Source: Octopus vulgaris (lineage: Eukaryota). Taken from it: a stretch of 64,000 nucleotides of DNA. The notes beneath the pieces are model-generated. The model worked only from the letters and a program-made list of their open reading frames with translations, did no database searches and had not been told where the DNA came from. This document shows, piece after piece, positions 26,418 to 39,732 of the stretch (positions are counted from its first letter, which is position 1; each line of letters opens with the position of its first letter). The stretch spans positions 62,496,001-62,560,000 of the forward strand of contig OX597826.1 in assembly GCA_951406725.2 (NCBI GenBank). Direction: 5' to 3'. The position numbers were made by a program, and so were the translations under genes.

Positions 26418-27250
26418 AGGGCGGAGAGCTGACAGAATTGTTAACACGACGGGGAAAATGCTCAAAAAGAATGTCTGCTGTCTTTTGGTGTCTGGATTCA
26501 AATGCCACCGAGGTTGACTGTACCTTTCATACATTTTGTGTCGGTTAAATATGTACCAGTTGAGTACTACGGTTGATATAATCGACTTGCTGACTTGCTC
26601 GAAGTGGCCGACCTTGTGCTAAAATTTGAAACGTGTATTTATCGCAAGGCCAAGACTGTGAGCTAGCTGAATCGTTTAAACTTCCAGCAAAATGATTAGC
26701 AGCATGTTGTCTGTCTTTAAGTTCTAAGTTCAAATTCCGCCGAGGTTGACCTTGCTTTCTCCCTGTCGTGATCGATAAAATAAGTACCAGATAAAACATT
26801 GGGGTTCAATGTAATAGACTTACCCTGCCTTCGAAATTTCAAGGCTTGTGCCTATAATTGAAAGGGAGAGTTATGAAAGAAGGTGGCTGGTAGAAATGCT
26901 TGACAGCATTTCGTCTGGCTCTTTACTTTCTAAGTTCAAATTCCACCAAAGTTGATTTTACCTTTTATTATTTCAGCCACTGAGCTCGATCTAATTGTTC
27001 AGGCCCTCTAAGCCTGAAAATTGTCTGGACTTACGCCCTGTGTAGAAAGGATTATTTAAATAGCGAACCGTCAGAATTGTTAGCGTGTGGAACAAAATGC
27101 TTAATCTCAGTTCTTTAGTCTCTTTACGTCTGGGGTAGAAATCCAATCAAGGTCAACTCTGATTTTCATTGCTTCGAGATCAAAACGTTAACAATTGATC
27201 GTTTTGCACAATCCGCGTAAAATTGCTAGCATTGGGCAATAATTTGAAAC
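26418..27250 (+). mobile_element. Cluster of about four degenerate SINE family B copies in tandem orientation
   Basis: Recurring ...TTCAAAT(T/G)CC(A/G)CC.AGGTTGAC... at about 26495, 26728, 26935 and 27140. Confidence 0.7.
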
Positions 27251-27915
27251 AATCATTCATACCGTTCTGACATTTACCAAGCAACCATTTTACACTCACA
27301 CGTAGGTACATGTTCTCTCACTCCCTCCCCCCTCTCTCAGTATATACATATATATATTGTATATGCATACATATACGCTCACTGACACAGAGAGTAGTAA
27401 TTAATTGACGCTTAATATCATGTAATTACATATACGTTATAATATTGAACATATGCACTAAAATATGTATAAGATTACATTGCAATGTCTCCATAACTTG
27501 AGCCTACTGTGCTTATAACTGAAATATGCATACATACATATTCAAATACATACATACACGCGAACATAAGAATATGTGTATCTATACGCTCCCCACCCCC
27601 ATATATATATATTTGCATACATATACACAGTGATATAGAAATATATCTACATGCCTACATGCATACTTATAAATATATAATGGTATATTAAGATGTATCC
27701 ACTTTAACCTCACACTTACGAGAGACCTCTTTTCGAGTATATAACAGGATACCAGATAAGTGTAACAGAGTGATGAATGCATAATATAAAACTGAATATA
27801 ATGTAATCCAATATATATGCTAGGATATTGCGAGTACATGATTAAATGGATATTAGATTCCATAGGCATATTAAGATATGTCCGTATTAAGCTCACACAC
27901 ACGATAGCCCACTTA

Positions 27916-27948
<33 letters not shown>

Positions 27949-28315
27949 TACTGAATATGGATACGAGAAAAGGGTTAAGATCGGCACTTTTATATTTAAT
28001 GTTCATGTATTTCCAATATGAATTCAGTCTGAAGAAAGATTTCTTCAAAGAGTCGGACATACGGAATATAACAGTGCTGCACTTCTAGCCGTTCTGTAGA
28101 GCGGAACAAACAAGTATCAAATATCAATCTACGCACTGTTGATTGCACAATGCTACACGAAACATGAGTCCAGAGACGGTAACAGAATATGAATAATAAT
28201 GCTGATATTTAAATAATCTAAATAGAATACCATGGATGTCATAACGTCCTACAAATTCACTTACATACGCACATAATCTTAAACGTACCTATTTGCTTAG
28301 ACCTTTCGAGATAAA

Positions 28316-28361
<46 letters not shown>

Positions 28362-28665
28362 AAAATACGCACACACACACATGTTTATATGATGCTCCTG
28401 ATTACCTAGTAATAATAAAGGCAACAACCAAATCTAAAATTTGTATTATCTAAATGATATGTCTGAAGAATTTCTATTAGGAAATTCTTTACATGTCTGT
28501 CTAACATGTAAAACACTGTCATTTCTATTAGCATATGAAACATGTGTAATGGTGAATAAATAACAGCAAAAAGTTTTCTAATTTCCAGTATTGTTTTAGA
28601 TATATATAGTCTAAGTCTAAATTATATATATATAATTATATATATATAATATATGTATATCTATA

Positions 28666-28702
<37 letters not shown>

Positions 28703-28731
28703 TTGTATGTATGTATGTATGTATGTATATA

Positions 28732-28903
28732 GGCGCAGGCGTGGCTCTGTGATAAGAAACTTTGGTTCCCAATCAGTACTAGTACGTATTACTCTCCAAT
28801 AAGTACTAGGTTTACGAATAAGTCCTGGTGTCGATTTTTACGAGCAAAGCGGTGCTCCAGCATGGCTGCAGTCAAAGGAGAGAAGCAAGAGACAGAATAA
28901 AAG
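28732..28903 (+). mobile_element. SINE family A, internally deleted
   Basis: GGCGCAGGCGTGGCT head and GCGGTGCTCCAGCATGGCTGCAGTCAAA tail with the middle missing. Confidence 0.75.
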
Positions 28904-29780
28904 ACTATATATACATACACGCACACACACACATGCATAGATAAAAAATCAAGTGAGTTAGTTTATAATTGTTTAATTACAATATTTTACACGTGCTTAA
29001 TCGAAGTTTATGTGGAGGAAACAATTACAACATATTCGGGTAAAACAATTTTCCTGTGTCTTCTAAGGCGCCCAACAATGTAACTGCAACTGTCAGTCAC
29101 TCACTCTATGCCCTCTTGAAGAAATGTCATCGATAAATGCCATAATATGCGCAAGTGTACACTTGCCAATCCAAAAATTAGTGAACATGATATCACTTTC
29201 GAAGTACATCTATGGAGTTTAAACTCAAGGCCTACCGATTTCAAATTTTAATGGAGTTATTATAGTCACGGCTCCAGTATATAAGGATATCAAAGTGGAT
29301 TATAAGATTTGCCCGATTGAGACATATAAGAAATATCTTACAGATAAAATTTACAAAATCGGAGGAAACGTACCTCCCTGCATGCAGTGGAATTCCAAAA
29401 CTTTAAAATTCTATGAATAATGTATTAATTTAGACTAATTTTTAAAAAAATTAAGATGCCACACCACAAAATCATTGTCCCAGAAATTTTTTTCATCTAC
29501 TGCTCATAATGGTATTATGCATAAAGCCATAATACGTTTGTATGCGTTTGAACATAGGGACTTATATACGCGTATATACAGTATATGTGTGTGTGTGTGT
29601 GTGTGAGTATGTGTGTTTGTGAGTGTTTGTGCGTTTGTATGTGTGTATGCATGTACCCAGACACAGACATACACACATATATACATATATGTGTATGCAT
29701 GGATATATATATATATATATGTATGTATGTATATATGTATATATGTATGTATGTATGTATGTGAGAGAGTGAGAGAGAGA

Positions 29781-29991
29781 TATCACCTGATCACCTTGAC
29801 CGACCCGTCTGTCAGGCGTCCATTTGATACCGCTGGTCATAGCACGCTATCCACTCCTCTCTGGAACGCGCCCTCCTCATCCATGTGGTCCCAATCGCCC
29901 TCCTAAAATCGTAATTCCACCGTCGTGGAGGCCTTCCGAGTGGTCGTTTCCGGTCGCGCGGGTACCACTCGACAACTGCGCGGGTCCACCG

Positions 29992-29994
<3 letters not shown>
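29781..29994 (-). mobile_element. RTE-clade LINE 3' end
   Basis: The minus strand encodes NRWTRAVVEWYPRDRKRPLGRPPRRWNYDFRRAIGTTWMRRARSREEW...* (RTE C-terminal W.P...KR..GRP..RW motif) and ends in a short tandem tail (CAAGGTGAT CAGGTGAT). Confidence 0.85.
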
Positions 29995-30035
<41 letters not shown>

Positions 30036-31734
30036 CACATATGTATGTTAAACAGGAAATACAAAGCCGAAGATGAGGGGGTACATTATAACAATGAAAG
30101 AGTTTAATGTTTCATAATATGGTTTCCGAACATTGTTGAAATAGGTGTAGTGTGTAACTGCTTCATCCACTCCTTTCATTCGCAACAAAGTGGTGGAATT
30201 TAATTTTAAACTGGAATTCTATAGCATATCAACTTACAGGAGTTTCTAATTTTGATATCGGTCGGAGTTTATTTGATAAATTGATTAATAAATTGCTTTG
30301 ATCGATTACCGTTTCCTTGCTGCTTTCCGTAAAAATCTCTTAATGCTAAAGGCTATATATGTGTGCATGTGTGTATGTGTGTATGTATGTATGCGTGTGT
30401 GTGCGTCTGTGTGTGTGTGTGTGTGTGTGTGTACTGAAAGTAAGAGTGAGAGAGTTTTTCATCGGGTATTCTTGCCTTGCTCGGTTACGGCCAGCATATT
30501 AGACGTGTTAACAATAAAGCGAGGACTATGTATGGAGCTTTTCAAAATAAGGAGAGGCCTTGAATAAAGTTAATTCTAACTTCTAGAAATCGTATGCAAT
30601 TTCATAACAAGAAGGGATAGTCTACGTCATTTGATGCAAACGAATTTGCAGTTATTACAGCAATGTTTTCTTTCTCTTAGATGAGTTTTTAAAATCAATT
30701 CCTACTGATGGAAAGAATATATCCGTCGACGTTAATTGTAAGCTCACATAACAACTGCCGCAACAGTGGCCATTGTTACCATAGCAGGACTAAAAAGGGA
30801 TATCCTAGCTGCTTTTTTGTAAGAAAATCAAGCGAAGGCATTGCTCTATTACAGGTTGTAACCGGCATCCTATATTGATTCAACCATAGACAGAAAGTTA
30901 TATAAGCTTATGTGTGTGAATGTATGTTTATGCTTGTGTAGATATGCATGTGTACGTTTTTATGGGTTTTTCGTTAGCTCCTCTTTTGCGTATCGGTTTA
31001 AACTTTTCTCATAAATTTCCTGGTATATGTCAAAGCACTGATCATGTAAATTGATCATGTAAAACAGAGTATCAAACTAAAATATCATTAGAATGTTTAC
31101 ACGATCATTTAAAACCTTTGAATGTGTTGCATATTTCAATGACAAAAACCAAAAGTAAGTTTTAAATTCTGTCATTTGTTCATAATTTTCCAAGCTTGTT
31201 CATCCTACATTTTTTTAAACATCGATGTGATACCTTGACTTTGATTTCCACTTCAGTTTTATGTTGCAGACATATGTTGTACTATAATCATTCTCAATAA
31301 TAAGTGATACGAAATGCAATTAAACAGTGGAACATCTCTATTTATATATTTAATGTTTTGATACGGTTTCCAAAATAAATTAGATGTGAGACGCCTTTCA
31401 AACGCGGTTATTCTTTTATTTCATTTCATGACGAAGTTCATAGCTTCAGGACACGTTCAATTTGATATGAATGATATAAATGTAAGACATTCAATTAACC
31501 TAAAATATGTGAAATAAATCAACAAATGCAGAAACGGAAGTCAGAAATTGAGCATCATATCTAATGGTAAAAAATAAATTAATTAAGAAACAAGAAATCT
31601 AAGAAGAAAAATATGACTATATGATAACCCATCAGAAATTCACCAGGATTTAGTGACGAAATGTGTATTTTCTTTATTAAGAGCTTTTGAAAATATGGAG
31701 GGAAAGACTATAATGAGCGAAACGGTTATATATA

Positions 31735-31959
31735 TTTCTTTATTGCCCACAAGGGGCTAAACATAGAGGGGACAAACAAGGACAGACAAAGTGATTAAGT
31801 CGATTACATCGACCCCAGTGCAAAACTGGTTCTTTATTTATCGACTCCCAAAGGATGAAAGGCAAAGTCGACCTCGGCGGAATTTGAACTCAGAACGTAA
31901 CGACAGACGAAATACCGATAAGCATTTCGCCCGGCGCGCTAACGTGTCTGCGAGCTCGC
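31735..31959 (-). mobile_element. SINE family B monomer
   Basis: Reverse complement of the family B consensus. Confidence 0.9.
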
Positions 31960-32107
31960 ATACAATAACTTAACGGCACAGGTCTATCGTACATCTCTGG
32001 CGGTCTCTCACTTGTCGGTTTCGCCAGCGGGATGAATTAAAGAAGATTAACATTGGAGGAAGACAGAAGTGTTATTTGCCAATAATAAAATGGAAGAACA
32101 GGGTTAA

Positions 32108-32406
32108 TCTATATATATAAAAGTGAAGTTGTGTGAGTGTCTGTCTCCTACGATTTAGATTCCTAACTACTCCCACATTTTGCGGTGCAGTTTAACCAAA
32201 ACCAGGTATCTTATAGTCGTGATTCATATCGAGCCCTTCTGGGTATTAGCGCGCGTCTACGATGAGTCAACGATTTAAAAAAAAATTTACCATAATTTTT
32301 TTTCCATTTTTAATGTATTTTTTGCTGTTTTTTGTCTATAACTCTCTAAAAATGCTTTATAGTTATTTCCCTTAGAAACCCGAGCAACGCCGGGCGATAC
32401 TGCTAG
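32108..32406 (+). mobile_element. Non-autonomous Helitron
   Basis: A|TCTATATATATAAAA start. The 3' end is CCCGAGCAACGCCGGG (hairpin) CGATACTG CTAG|T, inserted at an A|T site with no TSD. Confidence 0.85.
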
Positions 32407-32852
32407 TGGTAGATAAGACTGTGCATAGAAAGGAATCCTAATTTCGCAGAAAATGTTATGGTGTGGATTTCTCCCAAATTATAGCCATTTTTCTTTTAAC
32501 CTTTTGCATGTTACTCCATCCTAAACATTGCATACGACAATTTCAAGAATTACTTACTATTTTCTTTTACCGAATCGCTGGAATATGAGAGCGTAAACAA
32601 ACTAAAACCGGTTGTAAAACGGTGTGGTGCGGAGATATAGATACATAGACTCATACACAAACATACAGACACACACACACACATACATGCACATGCGCAC
32701 CCACACAAACGCGCATGCACACACGCACGCACACACACATATACAACCGAATTCCTACGAGTTTCCATCTACCTTTCCTCACTCAAAAAGCTTTAGTCGG
32801 CTATCGTAAAACACAGGTGCCCAAGTTGCCGTGCAGTAAGAATGAACTGGGA

Positions 32853-33236
32853 AAGGTGGCGAGCTGTCAGAAACGTTAGCACGCCGAGCGAAATGCTTAG
32901 TGGTATTTCGTCTGCCATTACGTTCTGAGTTCAAATTCAGCCGAAGTCCACTTTGCCTTTCATTCTTTTCGGGGTCGATTAAATAAGTACCAGTTACGTA
33001 CTGGGGTCGATATAATCGACTTAATACCTATGTCTGTCCTTGTTTGTCCCCTCTGTGTTTAGCCCCTTGTGGGTAATAAAGAAATAGGTACTTCGTATGC
33101 CATTACGTTCTGAGTTCAAATTCAGCCGGGGTCCACTTTGCCTTTCATCCTTTTCGGGGTCGATTAAATAAGTACCAGTTACGCACTGGGGTCGATATAA
33201 TCGACTTAATCCACTTGTCTGTCCTTGTTTGTTCAC
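32853..33236 (+). mobile_element. SINE family B, dimeric body
   Basis: GGTGGCGAGCTGTCAGAAACGTTAGC head. The body restarts at about 33087 (GGTACTTCGTATGCC). Confidence 0.9.
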
Positions 33237-33404
33237 TCTGGTGATTGTAGTATGTATCACTGATAGAGTGTTGATTCACATACGTTGTTGTGGGTGTTTC
33301 ACCAGTCAACGTGTTCGACTGTTCCTTCTTTTCTACTAAAAGATTTACGTGCGTTATTGCTAAAGAAGATATATCATATATAATCACCTTATACATTATT
33401 TACA

Positions 33405-33618
33405 TTACTCTTTACTTGTTTCAGTCCTTTGACTGGAGCCATGCTGGAGCACCGCCTTTTAATCGAGCAACTCGACCCCGGGACTTATTCTTTTGTAAGC
33501 CCAGTACTTATTCTATCGGTCTCTTTTGCCGAACCGCTAAGTAACGGGGACATAAACACACCAGCATCGGTTGTCAAGCAATGCTAGGGGGACAAACACA
33601 GACACACAAACACACACA

Positions 33619-33658
<40 letters not shown>

Positions 33659-33817
33659 TATATACGACGGGCTTCTTTTAGTTTCCGTCTACCAAATCCA
33701 CTCACAAGGCATTGGTCGGCCCGGGGCTATAGTAGAAGACACTTGCTCAAGGTGCCACGCAGTGTGACTGAACCCGGAACCATGTGGTTAGTAGATAAGC
33801 TACTTACCACACAGCCA
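33405..33817 (-). mobile_element. tRNA-derived SINE family A, near full length
   Basis: Reverse complement of the family A consensus, including the internal (TA)n. Confidence 0.9.
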
Positions 33818-35237
33818 TTTAAATATAGAACTGAATTACCTAATAATACAACATATCAGTACATATAAAATATACAAGTATTTCGGTATACTCATAGGTA
33901 ATTTGTGGTGAAGATATTGTTTACAATATTCTGCTGTGTTTCTCCAGACACCGTCTTGGGTGAATGTCCCATTGGTCTCTACTACGAGGAATTCATATTA
34001 CAGACAAAAGTACTTCTTCGTATAATATCTCGAGGATATCAAAACGATTCCTATCATTTTCTATTAGTTGAAACATATCAAAAAGACCAGACATAAATTT
34101 GTCCCGAAGAGGTTGACTCTAGAGCGAAAACAAGCTGATATATCATGCAAGATCAATAATTTCAAGGTGAATACAATAAATTTTGATTTCAAGCAAGTCA
34201 AAAAGAATAATATAAGTTATATAACGCATTACTTAAAATATTTGCAGACAATATTATTAAAAGGATTTTATTTTTTAAAACTAAAATAATAACCAATTAT
34301 TCAAAAGCATTGATTATTAAATTTTCGTCTTGAATAAACATAAATTCCATTTTGGTTTTTAAAATCTGAATGCACGAACGGATTTGATTTCTACAAATAT
34401 TCTATATTATTTTATATTATTTTATTTCTCTAAATCAATAATTCTGTTAATATTACATTTTCATTTGATTAGCTCTGTATTTTGGAAGTGGTTAATGGCT
34501 GACACAATGATAGATAGGATGAAAGGGGGTTTTCTTCGTTGATTCTTGTTTCAGATGACTTGACGCTAGGGCCGTACACCTCGCCCAAACTACATGAGAA
34601 CTATCTCTACATTTTTATGTCAAACGTTCCACTCGTGCATCAATTACAAGAGTTGACGTTTGCAGAACCATTTCCTTAATTACAATAGCTATTACAATAG
34701 ATCAAAATTGTCCAACCCAGCTGTAAAAATATTTCCTTCACAAATTCTAGCCCTGAAGAAAACTGGAGCACTAATAATGACCTTTAAATACAACTCATTT
34801 CAGAGGACGGCAGTCTCAAAAACGCATTCATGTCTCCTTACGATAATGAATATTCGATAAGAATTGGTTGCAGAATGCTCCCAGAAATAGCCATGTATTC
34901 AGTAATTTACGACCCTAAGGAAACAAAAATATACCGATCACAACAAACGCGCTACCATACATACATACACACACGTACACACACACAAACACACAAACAC
35001 ACATGTATGTATAATCTCACAGAAAGCGCGTATATATCTATAAATATATATATATATATATCTGTATATGTGGTGCCTGCACGCGCGCGCATGTGTGTGC
35101 ATTAATAATATTTATTGTTCTTTTAATACGGGTTGTCTCAAAATAAAATGTATACATCTTTTTTCTTTTTACTGAATGAATCGTTATCGCAGCCACGCTG
35201 AATCTATTTTGATATATGCATGCCTTTATCTATTTAA

Positions 35238-35239
<2 letters not shown>

Positions 35240-35321
<82 letters not shown>

Positions 35322-35379
35322 ATGTATATGTATATATATACATATATTATATATATATATACATGTATATATATATATG

Positions 35380-35459
<80 letters not shown>

Positions 35460-35720
35460 TACGTTTATACACATATTCACATGTGTATATATACATGTAT
35501 ATATGAATGCATGTGCATGTATACAGAGCGATATAGATAGTTGGATGGATACATTCATAGAGAGACAGACTGACAGATAGACAGAGGAAGAGAGAGAGAG
35601 TGGGGGGGATGTTTGAGCATGTATATGCATGCATGAATATCCATTTATCTACATGCATACATATGTGCATATATATATATATGCGTGTATGCGTGTGCGT
35701 GCGCATTTTTTGCGAGTCTG
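35240..35720. repeat. Long interrupted (TA)n field
   Basis: Read directly. Comparable fields occur at 19960-20295, 24660-25050, 26064-26208, 40600-40815, 42435-42782, 45470-45860, 47140-47385, 51668-51892 and 54350-54760. Confidence 0.95.
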
Positions 35721-36648
35721 GCTGTGTATGCGTTTGTTCGTTTAATAGTGTCTCTGTGTATCTGTCTGTGTATGTGTGTTTGTATGGCATTATATTTGTC
35801 ATTCATTTCTGAAGAAGAATGCTTCTTGGATACATTCTCCGGAATATATCGGAGAAACATGAATGGAAAACGAAAGAATATAAAGAGAATGAACAGTATA
35901 AAGAAATGGCTACTATGTTATCAGTTGACAGTTGGCATTGTTGTCTATGTTTTATCACAGTTCATTCAAGGAGCGTGATTGCTTCTAGTTGTTATCTCAC
36001 CCATCGCTCATCACCGCGATTTGTAAAAAAAAAACAAAAAAAAGAGAAAAAAAACAGAAAAAAAAAACAGAAAACTACAAAACAGAAACATGACGAAACA
36101 AAAAGCCGTTGCAAAATACATCGAAAAATAGAACATTAAACAAATTAGAAATATAGAAAAACCGAATTCAGAATATAAACAACCTCCACAATAAAAAATA
36201 AAAAAAAAACAAGAACAAAAGCACGGTTCACAAACCTACTTCAACATTATCAGTTTTATGTATCACCATAACAAAATATCAGTAACGTAACAACAACCAT
36301 CATCAATACAACAATCACCAACATCAACATCATCAACATCACCATCACCATCACCATTGCCAGGACTAATACCATCGAAAATAACAACAGCAGTTTTCAA
36401 CTAAAACTATGGAGAATATATTCGGTGGAACCATGAATGGTGTGCAATAATGCATTCCTTTGCCTCTTTATTATTTTTGCTTCTGTGATTCGTTCTTTAA
36501 AGGTTTTGAATTGTTAGCCAGCTTTGTGGAGAAGATTTCCATTATGTTACACTCACGTGCTTTATTTTATTTCCTCGTTTTGTTTCGTCAAGATTTGCCA
36601 ACCTATTGAAAGAACGGTTACAGGAAGCAAAACATACGAACAAATGAA

Positions 36649-36684
<36 letters not shown>

Positions 36685-36685
<1 letters not shown>

Positions 36686-36903
36686 GTTTTAAATTTTGGT
36701 ACAAGGCCAGCAATTTTGACGGGTGGGACTGGTCGATTACATTGCTTCCCCCACCCCCCTACACCCGTCTTGAAATGGTACTTATTTTTTCGACCTCAAA
36801 AGGATGAAAAGACATAATCGAATTCGACTGAATTTGAACTCGGAACGTAAAAACAGACAACATGCCGCTAAGAATTTTGGTAACGATTCTACCAGCTCGA
36901 CAC
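36685..36903 (-). mobile_element. SINE family B variant, degenerate
   Basis: GGTACTTATTTTTTCGACCTCAAAAGGATGAAA..GAATTTGAACTCGGAACG..TAACGATTCTACCAGCTCG. Confidence 0.75.
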
Positions 36904-37024
36904 CTCAAACAAGACATGCAGCGACTTGCTCAAGAGCACTTTGTGATGCCCAGTCCGAGAATCGTACTCCCTATATAGCGAACCACTGGGCTTCCGCGCC
37001 TTCACACAAAGAAAATAATAGAAA

Positions 37025-37209
37025 GGTGCAGGCATGTTTCTCTTGTTAAAAAGATTGTTTTCCACCACGGGGTTTCAGGTTTTGTCCCACTACGCGGAGT
37101 GACTAGAACGTGTTTTTTACTGTAGCTCCTTGCCGACCCATCTCTTGTAACTTGTGAGTGATAGAATGGCTGATGAAAACCCTGTTGCGTATGTGTGTAT
37201 GTGTGTGAC

Positions 37210-37269
<60 letters not shown>

Positions 37270-37950
37270 TGCGTGCATGTGCCAGCACGTGAGTGTTTCT
37301 TTGCGTTTTCACTCTGCTAGTCCCTATCAGAACCTTACAACCGGTAAGCCGGTGAGCTGGCAGAAACGATAACGCGCCAGGGCAAAATGCTTAGCGGTAT
37401 TTCGTCCGCCACTACGTTCTGAATTCATAATCCGCCAAGGTCGACTTTGCCTTTCATCCTTTCGGGATCGATTAAATAAGTACCAGTTACGCACTGGGAT
37501 CGATATAATCGACTTAATCCGTTAGTCTGTCCTTATTTGCCCCCTCTGTGTGTAGCCCCTTGTGGGTAGTAAAGACACAGGTATTTCGTGTGCCGTTACG
37601 TTCTGAGTTCAAATTCCGCTGAGGTCGACTTTGCCTTTCATCCTTTCGGGGTCGATAAATTAAGTACCAGTTACGTCGTGGGGGTCGATATAATCGACTT
37701 AATCCCTTTGTTGTCTATCCTTGTTTGTCCTCTCTATGTTTAGCCGCTTGTAGGTAATAAAGAAATAAGAAACTTACAACCGGTGCTGGTTGTTTTCCAT
37801 CCAGTAATTAAACGGACGTTCGGTAAAAGATACGGATAGAATAAGCATCAGAAGGAAAAGAACGTACTCGAACCGATTTATGCGACTAAAAGCTTTAAGA
37901 CAGTGCTCCAGCATGGACTCAGACAAATAACTAAAACACTCAAGAGAGCA
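37025..37950 (+). mobile_element. Degenerate SINE family A split by a family B dimer
   Basis: Head at about 37025-37190. The body resumes at 37773 after the duplicated target CTTACAACCGGT. Confidence 0.7.
37346..37772 (+). mobile_element. SINE family B, dimeric body, with 12-bp TSD
   Basis: The body is repeated with a ~184-bp period (37396 and 37580). TSD CTTACAACCGGT at 37334-37345 and 37773-37784. Confidence 0.92.
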
Positions 37951-38929
37951 AAGGGGGAAAATGAAAAGGAACAAATATAAAAACTAAAAACAAAACACCA
38001 GTAATGATAAACCAGCATAAAAACAACTAGTCTCCTATACTTCATATCCCCAACACCAGAACAATATTTCACAATTTTTCTTATTTATTATTATGGAGTA
38101 CATATCATAAAAAAGCCTCTATTTTCATTCATTGAAATATATTTTAATATCGTTGCTGTTACTTCTAATAATGAGATAGTGGTGGTGGTTCTTCTTGGTA
38201 TTCCTTTTGTCATTCCAATTCACGTTTTTGTCGTTCACATTATATATGGGGGTTATGTCTGCATGTATGTATAGACACACACACACACATGCAAATGTAT
38301 ATAGTTTCTATTTTTATTCATATTTCCTGTCCTACACATACTTAATACTATTGTATTACACGGGCTGTATCCTTTGTCTGATTTGCTTCAAAAATCTTTG
38401 TAATGTCACATGTTCTCTTATTTTTATATTCGCATTTTCTGTTTTTTTACAGATTCATTTTACATCTTTTTTTATTGTGAATTTATTCCTATTTTTGGTT
38501 CTTTTTCCATTGACTATTTCTATATAAATTAGAAAAGGTTCCGAAAACACACTACAATCTGCATCCAATCGACATAAACAAAATGTTACCCGGGGCTTAG
38601 GCATTTATGCAGCAATCCCAAGGAGAAAATGCAGATAAATTTGTTGGTACTACTTATACAAATGCCATATCCCATTGATATTTGCGTATCTTCATTCGCT
38701 TTATTACATTTTGGCTAATTTTATTTTATTTCTCGCTACTTTATTTTCCACAAAAATATCTGATATCAATGATGTGTGTTTTGAGGCAGAAAACTCTGAT
38801 TGTAAAACAGGAAAACTGAATCTGTTAGCTGTCAGTCGATATAATTGCATCGCTATGAAAACTAACAGGATATTTCTGTGTCATAATATAAGCCAGTTTC
38901 AGACAGGGCACAAGTCTCGGTGAAAGTAA

Positions 38930-39316
38930 TCTCTCTATATATAAACGGCAGTTTGTCTGTGCGTGTTTCTGTGTGTCTGTTTTCTCGTACCCTCACCCTG
39001 ACCACGGCTTTCAACCGATTCTGATGAAACTTGACACACACATAGCCCAATGTCATAATTCAAAACTAACGCAGCGAAAATTTTGAAAAGTTAACCCCAG
39101 TTCTGAAAAAATCGATAAATTCGACATGGGGTCGAGAATCAAAAAAAACAAACCACAGACTGTCTAGGGGACGCAACTCAACCTTTTTTTACTTTCAAAA
39201 AAAATTTACCATAATTTTTTTTCCATTTTTTTTGCTATTTTTTGGCTATAACTCTCTAAAAATGCTTTATAGTTATTTCCCTTACAAACCTGAGCAACGC
39301 CGGGCGATACTGCTAG
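38930..39316 (+). mobile_element. Non-autonomous Helitron (second subtype, same 3' end)
   Basis: A|TCTCTCTATATATAAA start, internal CAACCGATTCTGATGAAACTTG, and a 3' end CCTGAGCAACGCCGGGCGATACTGCTAG|T shared with 32108-32406. Confidence 0.85.
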
Positions 39317-39428
39317 TATAGATATAAAAACGAAGTGCTTCTCTGTCTTGACTCTCTCTTCCTCTTCATCTCCCTCACTCTTCTTACATACATATATATA
39401 CTCGTGTACTTATGTACAAACATATATG

Positions 39429-39475
<47 letters not shown>

Positions 39476-39516
39476 TGATACACACGTGCATACACACACA
39501 CACATATATATATATT

Positions 39517-39559
<43 letters not shown>

Positions 39560-39564
<5 letters not shown>

Positions 39565-39638
39565 CTTTCGGTTTCCGTCTACCAAATCCACTCACAAGGT
39601 TTTGGTCGGCCCGAGGCTATAGTAGAAGACACTTGCTC
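39560..39638 (-). mobile_element. SINE family A fragment
   Basis: TTTCCGTCTACCAAATCCACTCACAAGG...CTATAGTAGAAGACACTTGC. Confidence 0.8.
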
Positions 39639-39732
39639 CTTATTGCCATTTCTTGACCAGCGGCAGAGAAGATGCTTTATTGTATGATGCGTGTGGAATG
39701 TATGAGTTTGACATGTGAAATACACAGAAATA

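Noticed and set aside
39015-39040. CTGATGAAAC
   Set aside because: It is part of the Helitron internal motif CCGATT.TGATGAAACTTG, with no room for stem II.
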